DNA of 32,000 nucleotides from Candidatus Micrarchaeota archaeon (lineage in GTDB: Archaea > Micrarchaeota > Micrarchaeia > Burarchaeales > JAKAKT01), in the NCBI GenBank assembly GCA_043814255.1, contig JBDRKD010000103.1, positions 6,499-38,498 on the forward strand, written 5' to 3'. Of this stretch, positions 1 to 8,800 are shown piece after piece (within the stretch, counting starts at the first letter, position 1; each line of letters begins with the position of its first letter). A model generated the notes under the pieces. The model saw nothing but the letters and a program-made list of their open reading frames with translations. It was not told the origin of the DNA and did no database searches. The translations under genes were made by a program, and so were the position numbers.

Positions 1-3000
1 CCGAGTCAGTGAAGTTGCAGGCATCCCCACCTGAAGAATATATACTATAATTCGCCCAGTCGGATGTTATGTTGTAGAACCTATTATTGCTTGCGCCACT
101 AGCAGTATAAACTCCATAAACCGTGTCATTCATTGTTATATTCTTAAACAGGTTTCCTGTTCCCGATGGACTAACAAAGATTCCGCGCGTCACATTCATT
201 ATTCTCCCATTCTCGTAGGTGCCATTCGAATCCAGAAACAATGCATACGAGCAATCCGCACCACTACAAGTTATGTTAAAGTTGGTGAGGTTAACATCGA
301 CCGAATCTATGGATGTCGCATAATCACTTGCATTATCAACCGAAAGGCCCGTGACATTCGCAGGACATTCGAAGTATGTGCCCCCATACCCATTCTGCAC
401 AATAACATTCTCGAACGAAACATTGGATTTGCAGCTACTTGATGTAACCCTAATCGCATACCCGCTGCCGGACATATTCGTAATGTTCAGGTCGACACCT
501 GAGAAATTTGAGACACCCGATAGCTGTATACCATAAGACCGATAAAGCATGCTTCTTCCACTATCCGACTCGCCTGAGTGGTTCTCTCCTGTGTAATTTC
601 TTACAATCAAATGGTCTCCCCAGTTTACAGAGACCCCATACCCAAATCCCCCATTGGGAGTTGCTCCGGCTCCCTCAGCTGAGAGGTTCCAGTCAGTATG
701 GTTCGTGACATTCGTGTAGTTGGAATTCAGTACGTATACACCCACGGAATGGTCGCTGTACCCATCCGCATAGAGATAGCTGTCATAAACAGTATTGTTG
801 TATATGTCCACACCAAGAGACACATTCACCATTATGCTCGTGGAGAAGTTGTTAATCCGGCAGTTCCTGATGAGTATGTTCTGCCTCCCCTGAGTATCAA
901 TCGCATACGCATACCGCGTGTTGTTGCCGGTAATTGTATGTCCACCACAGTCAAGCATGATGTCATCTGCTCCGATTGTGATGCACGTCGAACCGTATGA
1001 TTGTAAGTCACTAACGAGTGTCGTGTCCTGTGTTATGGTTCCACACGTTGGGTCGTACAGTGTAAGGTTTACGACAGTGTTTGTGGTTATGTTGACGCTG
1101 GTCGTATTGGATGCAGTGGCATTGGAAGCTATCACGGTGTGGTTATTCCAGCTGTAATTTGTCTGGCCCCCTCCGGTATTCTCAACATTCACGTCTCCTG
1201 CGGCAACAACACTTGAAAGCCCTCCAGCCCCAATTGTCTCAGACAGGATGCTGTTGCTGTATATATCCGTGACATTCACATCAGCGCTTATCCCGTCCCC
1301 ACTGATATTCGTTACATTCACCCGAAGGTACCACTTTATCGTAAAGTTCTCCGTTGAAGTCCCGTCCCAGTCAATGCTCGCCCAGTCAATCGAGCAGTTC
1401 AGGAACGTGCTGTTCTGCCCGTCATTTGGATACAGGTCATAGTCATTGACATTGCTGACTGTCGTGTTTGTGAAGTTATGCGCCCCACCAGAGAACTCTA
1501 TTCCATATGCGTCTCCCATAGCGCCTGCTGGGAAGCAAAGAACCTGGGACCCAACATCAACCACGTCTATTGTGACATTACCAAATACATTGTTTGAAGC
1601 ACCCGTCAGGTATATCCCATGGGAATCCCCAGCACACCCGTTAAATCCCATCACATCCCCAGAACCGCCTGCGCCATCGTCTCCGCTTGCGGCATATGAC
1701 AGGTAATCACTATCAACATCATTTGTACCACCAACCACATAGAGCAGGTATACATCTCCACTATCCCCACCTACTCCTCCTAGATCCACTGCGTCTCCCC
1801 CGTTCCCACCATCACCCGAAGTAACGTTTGTCACATTATTATTCCAACCCGTGTTGCTCCCATCTCCAAGGTATACTCCATAAGCTGTTCCACCGTCCCC
1901 TCCATTGCCCCCCGAGCTCAATGCTCCTGCCCCATTTCCCCCGTCTCCCCCGTTTCCGCTTGCAATCCGGCTTACATTATTGTAATTGTAATAGCTGCTC
2001 CCACCCGCCAAGTAGATTCCGTAGGCATCCCCACCATTAACTCCTGAAGGCCCGTTGCCACTTGTGTCATCCCCTGCATTCCCCGCATCCCCGCCACCCA
2101 CTATGCTCACGTTGTTTTCAATGAGCCAGTTTGTTGCAGAATTGATGTACATCCCATAAGCCACCCCACCTATGCCTCCTGCTGTTGCCGTTGCCCCGGT
2201 TGTTCCAGCCCCACCATTTCCGCCAACTATATTCGTTATGTTGTTCTTCTTTATCGTGTTATTTCCGATTGAATATATCGCATAAACATCTGCTCCTGCA
2301 TTCGTGCCCCCAGCAGCTCCACTCCCGCTGGTTATGTTCACAATCACATTGTACTCCAGAGTGTTGTTATTGGAACTGCTGTTCATGTAGGTCCCATAAG
2401 CAGTCCCAGCAGTATCTGTTGCCCTGACTGAAGTTATATTGTGGATTATGTTGCTCGTGATGTTGTGTCCAGTATATCCATCAACATACAATCCAGACCT
2501 GTTGTAGGTTCCAGTGCCCCCTGCGTCATACGTCAACGTATTGTTATCCACAGTAACATTGTAGCTCTGGTTGATGTATACATCATGCTGGAAATCAGCA
2601 ACAATACAGTTCCTTATGAAAACTCCATCAGTATCGTTGGTATCCACTCCGATGTCCCCCTCACCACCATCCCCGCGTATCGTGTACCCCATACAGTTCA
2701 AGGTGATGTCATCCGCGCCAAACACAATACAATCTCCGGTTGTCGTAAGGTCAGCACCGAGCGTAGTGTCCTGCGTTATGACTCCGCAATCGATTGCATA
2801 CAATGTCAGATTTATCGTCTGGCTCGCATTAGTCATCTTGAACGACGTGGAGTTTGCAATATAGCCCCCCAGGCTCGCGTTTATCGTGTGATTGTTGAAC
2901 GAGGTATTCCCAGCACTGGTGTAATTCGTATCATTCACAACGATGTAATTTGTCAACCCATCCGAATCAGTCAGGTTGTCCTGCATCCCAAAATTCCCAT

Positions 3001-5881
3001 TGATGTCAGTTATGTCCACTACGACATTCTCAATCCCCGTTCCCCCAGAATCAGTCACATTCACCCTTGCATACCACTGCACGAGGAAGTCACTCGTGGC
3101 TATAAAAGTTACGTTAGAATAATTGCCAGTTGTATTCAGGAATATGTTATCATTGGTTCCACTACCAACATATAACATAGCTGTTGTCACCGAGGAAGTA
3201 TAGAAAATACAATCTGTGAAATTGTTTTCATCATTACCTGATTGGAAATTGACTCCATATTGGGACCAGTCAAATGTTACGTTGTAGAACTTATTCTCAC
3301 TCGCACCACCACCAAAATCAAGTCCACGGGTTGTGTCATTGATTGTTATGTTCTTAAACAGCCCCTGAACCCCAGATGAACTGAACTTAATTCCGTATGT
3401 GAAGTTCTCTATTCTTCCGTTCTCCAGGGTAATGTTATCTTCATTTACACCCACCCCAGACTGTATACAAGTGCTCTCAGCACATGTTACATTGAAGTTA
3501 GTTACATTGATGTGGGGCCTGCCTGCGGTAATACCTCCAGAGCTCGCGTTATCCACCAAGATGCCATCGGCATTCGCAGAACAAAGTAAATACAAGCCAG
3601 TACCGGTTTTATTTGCTATGAGATTCTGCACAGATATGTTCATATAAATGGCAGGGTCTGCCAATATGCCAATACCATACCCTCCTGTCATGCTTGTGAC
3701 ATTCACGGTATCTATCGAGGCATTGGATAAAGATAATGAGTCTATTCCGTGTCCAATACTGCTAATGCTTCTCCCGCTGTCGGACTCTCCTGTGTGGTTC
3801 TCCCCAGTGTAATTAGTTATTATAAGATGATCTACAGCGTTCATGTATATTCCCCGAGCTTTTCCTCCAGAAGGAGGGTTGATTGCAGTCATTGTGAAGT
3901 TCCAATCAGTATGGTTCGTGACATTTGTGTAATTTGAATCTAGAATGTACAATCCTATCACGTCGTAGGTCACACCATTTGCATAGAAATAGCTGTCATA
4001 AACAGTATTGTTGTACACATTTACTCCTTGTGATTCATTCACAACAATGCTCTGACTGAAATTATTTATCCTGCAGTTCCTGATTATTACGTTCTGCCTC
4101 CCCTGTGCTTCTATTGCATAAGCGTAGATTGTGTTGTTCCCGGTAATAGTATGCCCGCTGCAGTCAAGCATGATGTCGTCTGCACCTATTGTAATACAAG
4201 TAGTGCCATAAGAATAGATATCGTTTATCAATGTCGCGTCCTCCGTTATTGTCCCACACTCGCTTTCTGCTGCTGCGTACAAAGTGACATTCACAACAGT
4301 GTTCGTCGTTATGTTTACCGTGCTCTCATTCGTGGAAGTCCCATTGGTCACGTTCACAGTATGGACGTTGTAGGAGTAGTTGTTGTATGAGCCGGTCACC
4401 TGCGTCACATCCTTCTCATTCACTATTGCGATGCTTGAAAGCCCCCCAGCATCGACAGTCTCAGATAACCTGCGCACACTGAAGTTGTCGGTAACCTCCA
4501 CATCAGCGCTTATCCCGTCCCCGCTTATGTTGGTCACATTCACCTGCAGGTACCACTTTATCGTGAAGTTCTCAGTCGTGGTGGTATCCCAATCAATGCT
4601 GTTGTAATCAATCGAGCAGTTCAGGAACGTGCTGTTCTGCCCTCCGTTTGGATATATGTCGTAGTCCTCTACATGATCAACAGTGGAATTGGTGAAGTTG
4701 TGGCCGCCCCCCACAAAACCTATCCCATAAGCGTAATCTAGGTTTGCTATAGCACAAGCCCCAGACCCCAACTGGGTTATGTAATCTACAGTTACATTAT
4801 CATATGCATCATAAGTCCCGCTCTCGATGTAGATTCCATACGCGCCTCCATAACATCCTGCAAGCCCCCCGAGATCTCCTACACCACCCAATCCCCTGTC
4901 TCCACCTATCGCCTCTTTTAGGTAATCGCTCTCTATACTGTTGCTCCCATCAAGCGCATACAGGAGATACCCCTCCCCTCCGTTCCCCCCAACTCCTCCA
5001 AAACAGAACAGGTCACTGCAATCTCCACCATCACTGCCATCCCCTCCAGTAGCATTAGTTACGTTATTCTCAAGATTGTAGTTGCCTCCCCCCTTGAGGT
5101 AGATTCCATACGCATTTCCCCCATCATTTCCGGTCAGCCCACCGCCATCAGTATGCGAACCAGGTTTTCCACCAGCCCCTGCAGTTATTGTGCTCACATT
5201 GTTCCGAACAATCCAATTCGCCGGATATATTGCGTTAAGCTGTATGCCATAGGCGTCACCTCCCACGCCTCCCTGGTCTGGTGAAGCGCCACCAAGCCCA
5301 ATCCCCCCATTCCCAGCTACTAAGTTAGTTACTACATTCTCCTTTATTGTGTTGTTCGCAGTGGAATAGATACCAGTAACATCTGCTCCGGCGTAATCTC
5401 CGCCGACGTTACCATCCCCTCCACTTAGATTCGCAATTATGTTGTACTGGATTGTGTTGTTACCCGCACCTGTGGATAGAATTATCCCATATACTCCACC
5501 AGCAGTAGTTGTTGATGCAACAGAAGTAAGGTTGTGGATAACGTTATTCGTGATGTTGTTCCCGCTGTACCCAAGCACCCACAGGCCATATCTTCCGTAG
5601 GTTCCTGTGCCCCCTGCATCATACGTCAACGTATTGTTATTTATCGTTGTGTTGTAGCTGTACCTAACATATATCGGAACCTGGAAATCAGCAACAATAC
5701 AGTTCCTTATCGTGGTCCTGTTGTGATAGTCGGTGTCTATCCCATAATCCCCAGTGCCCCCATCCCCCCGTATCGTGTAACCATTACAATCCAGGTAAAT
5801 GTCATCCGCGTCAAATACAATGCAATCTCCGGTTGTCGTAAGGTTCTGGGCCAAAGTGCTGTTCTCGGTTATGGTGCCGCA
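1..5881 (-). repeat. Tandem coding super-repeat inside the giant gene. The unit is A-type helix, spacer, B-type helix, spacer. The period is about 3093 nt measured A2 to A3 and about 3213 nt measured B1 to B2. The second copy is cut by the window edge.
   Basis: Module start motifs recur at 5881 and 2788, and at 4258 and 1045. Nucleotide blocks are identical or near-identical: ggaaatcagcaacaatacagttccttat occurs near 2590 and near 5683, and cacatcagcgcttatcccgtcccc occurs at 1277 and 4499. Antisense track ORFs are mirrored: 1248..1442 resembles 4380..4607, and 2441..3175 resembles 5534..6112. Confidence 0.8.
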
Positions 5882-8800
5882 GTCGACCAAATCAACAGTC
5901 ACACTTCTGTTCTCCGTTATGTTGAGGTTTCCACCGGCATCCATCGCATAGGCAAAATAATCATACGTCCCCTCGCCCAACGAGGTGAATTCATTCTGCA
6001 ACCTATTGGCAGAATTATTATATGCTGCCAGCACCTCTTCGGCAGAAAGGGCGCGGCTGAATATGGCAATCTCATCAAGGCTCCCGTTCAACCAAGTCCT
6101 ATCACTCCCTAGGTTGTAATCCTTTCCCAACAGCGATTCAGAACCGCCTATTGAATCCGGAGCGCCCCCCTGCGTTCCAGTGGCCTCAAGGCTCCCGTTG
6201 ACATAGAGAGATAATCCAGTGCCGTTGAACACAGCAGCAAAATGCGTCCACTCGTTCACAGGAGCACTATAATCCGAGGAATAAATATTCACACTTGAAT
6301 TTACAGAGTTCCACGTGGTAAAGCGAATAGCTTCTGGATGAGCAATCCCATCAACGAAATCCGCCTCAGTCCATTCAACAAATGTCTGGTACTGCCCCCT
6401 CAAATCAACAAGTAGCTGCTCATCCGCAGCCGACACTTCAACATCATTCTCTCCAAGCGGGTAAACCCAGCCGATAATGCTGAACTCATTCGCATCCGGC
6501 AGGATATCATTCGGAATATCAACATAATCATTACTATACCCTCCATCAAAATATAGTGCGTTCCCCCTAACACCACTCACTATATCATCTGTATCCAATC
6601 CTCCCTCAAAGGTTCCGAAATTACTATTAGTCGAATTATCATAGATGCCCGAGGCACTATAGAAATCCATGGGCCAGTAGGCAAGCAGGCTGTAGTTCCA
6701 ATCAAAGAACGCAGATGTCTCGCTGTCATCGGTTATTGTTGTATTAAGGTACACAGTAGGAACCTGCACTGTGGAGCCGTTATCAGGAGTTGGGTATTCC
6801 CACACTATCGAGGGTTCGGTCAAGTCCACATCAAGGGTTATATTTATTGTGTAGCATGCATCTGAAACGTTGAACGAGGTGGTGCTGCTCGTTCCACTGT
6901 AGCTCACGTTTATCGTATGGTTGTTGAATGGAATTTCAGTACCGGGACCCAGATCACTCTCAGCACTCTCCACATAACCCGTAAGCCCATCCGCATCGGT
7001 GGTGTTCATGCTCATCTCGACCCTGTCTGTCGAGTCGCTGATATTGCATTCTGCGCCGTTTACTGGAATCCCGCCAATAGCTGTGACATTGAGCCTCACA
7101 TACCACTTTATGCTTGCGTTCGCCCCAGCTGAAAAGGCCACGTCAGTGCTCGCATTAAGGAGTATGTGGTTTATCGAGCTGGCCGTGAACCAGAATTCAT
7201 AGTCCTCAGCATTTGTCACGCTTCCATTCGAGACATTCCAATAGTCATAGCCGCCTGTGTAAAATCCAGACGCCAGTGCACTTCCTCCACTTGTCACATT
7301 ATCTATTGTGAAGTTTTCTATGATTGCATAATGCCCTGCTTGCCACCCCCAAGCATCACCATCAGAGCCGTCCGCTCCGGCAGGGGTCCCGGTCCCCCCA
7401 CTCCCGCCAGTGCCTCCCATCACATCCCTCACGCTGGTGTTCTTGAAATCGAGGTTGCTCGCAGTTGAATAAATCCCATGGGCTCTCCTCCCGTCGCCCC
7501 CATCCCCACCAGCTCCTATACTACTTCCCCCATCCCCACCAGCTCCCCCAACTACGTCCCTGACACTGACGTTCTTGTAATCAGTACCGCTTCCATACAA
7601 TCCATATGCATACCCTCCATTATTCCCAACCCCTGTTCCTGATCCAGTTCCCCCATCCCCACCATAAACTCCATCAACGTTTATGTTATACAGTTCAGTG
7701 AAACCAGTAGTGTATATATACGCATGATCCCCCAAGCCCCCATTAGTACCGCCTAGCAAAGCCGCACCGCCATTTCCTCCGCTCCCCGCGGTTATGTTTG
7801 ACAACGAGACATTGTGCAGCGTGTTGCTGCTGGAACTGCTTGTATAGATGCCATATACTATCTCTCCGTTCCCTCCATTATATGCCACACCTCTGTCACT
7901 GCCCCCTATCCCTCCATCCCCGCCGCTTATGTTCGCTATTGTTATGTTCGTGAAATTCGAGTATCGAGCATAGATTAAGTCCATGCCCCATCCATCCCCA
8001 CCCAATCCACCAGTTGTGGTCGTTCCCCCGCTCGCCCCATCCCCACCATGTATCTCGTTGATGGTTATGTTCTCGAACAGGTTATAATCAGAATACTGGG
8101 TGTTTATGTAAATCCCATACGCATCATATCCAGTTGCTCCAGCAGCACCTGAATTTCCCATAGTTGAATTCATTATTGTTACATTGTACACAAAGCTGTT
8201 GTCCGCATTCGACCAATATATCCCTGCTTGGAACCCACTTATGACGCAGTTCTTTATTGTTATGCTATCTCTTGTACTCGGAACAATTATCCCGTAATCC
8301 CCGTTGCCCGCATCCCCAAAAATGGTGTATCCCTGACAGTCCAGCGTGATGCCATTCGCCCCTATTGTGAAACAATCCCCCGTAGTCACCAAATCACTCT
8401 GCAGGGTTGTGTCACCAGTTATGGTCCCGCACCCTGGGCCGGTGTAGGTGACGTTCATGTACGGGCGCTGCGATTGTGTGGAGTAATCACACTCCCGCCA
8501 TCCAATGTAGTTAGAAGGAGCAAGCATGTCCCCAATATACAGGGGTGATGAAGTGCGGCCATCCCCACCCAGGAACGGATAGTCGGGGTCCTCTATGCGT
8601 ATAGAGAGATTCGCATTCCCTGCGTTGAAATCAGTCAGGAACGGCTGCGTTACGTTGATGCACCACCAGTCATCGGTTTCATTGGTGCTGAATACCTGGC
8701 TCGTGTTCTCATCAGTAAGGGGCATGTCCTCGAATTCCTCGGCAACAGTTGATTCAGTCCATGTCTGATTGGCAACACGCGAGAAATTGGCATCGTCATC

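Noticed and set aside
7380-8060. Short-period Gly-rich nucleotide repeats (cccc/ggtgg runs) that could superficially resemble a CRISPR-like or satellite array
   Set aside because: There is no constant repeat-spacer structure. The periodicity is the coding repeat (GGDGG/GGNGG coils) of beta-helix module A1 within a continuous reading frame.
351-8548. About 25 plus-strand track ORFs of 61-244 aa (for example 2441..3175 and 5534..6112), several with repeated, Cys/His/Pro-rich or Val/Ile-rich translations
   Set aside because: They lie antisense to the giant minus-strand ORF and have non-protein-like composition. Their mutual similarity only mirrors the 3.1-3.2 kb repeat of the real gene on the other strand.
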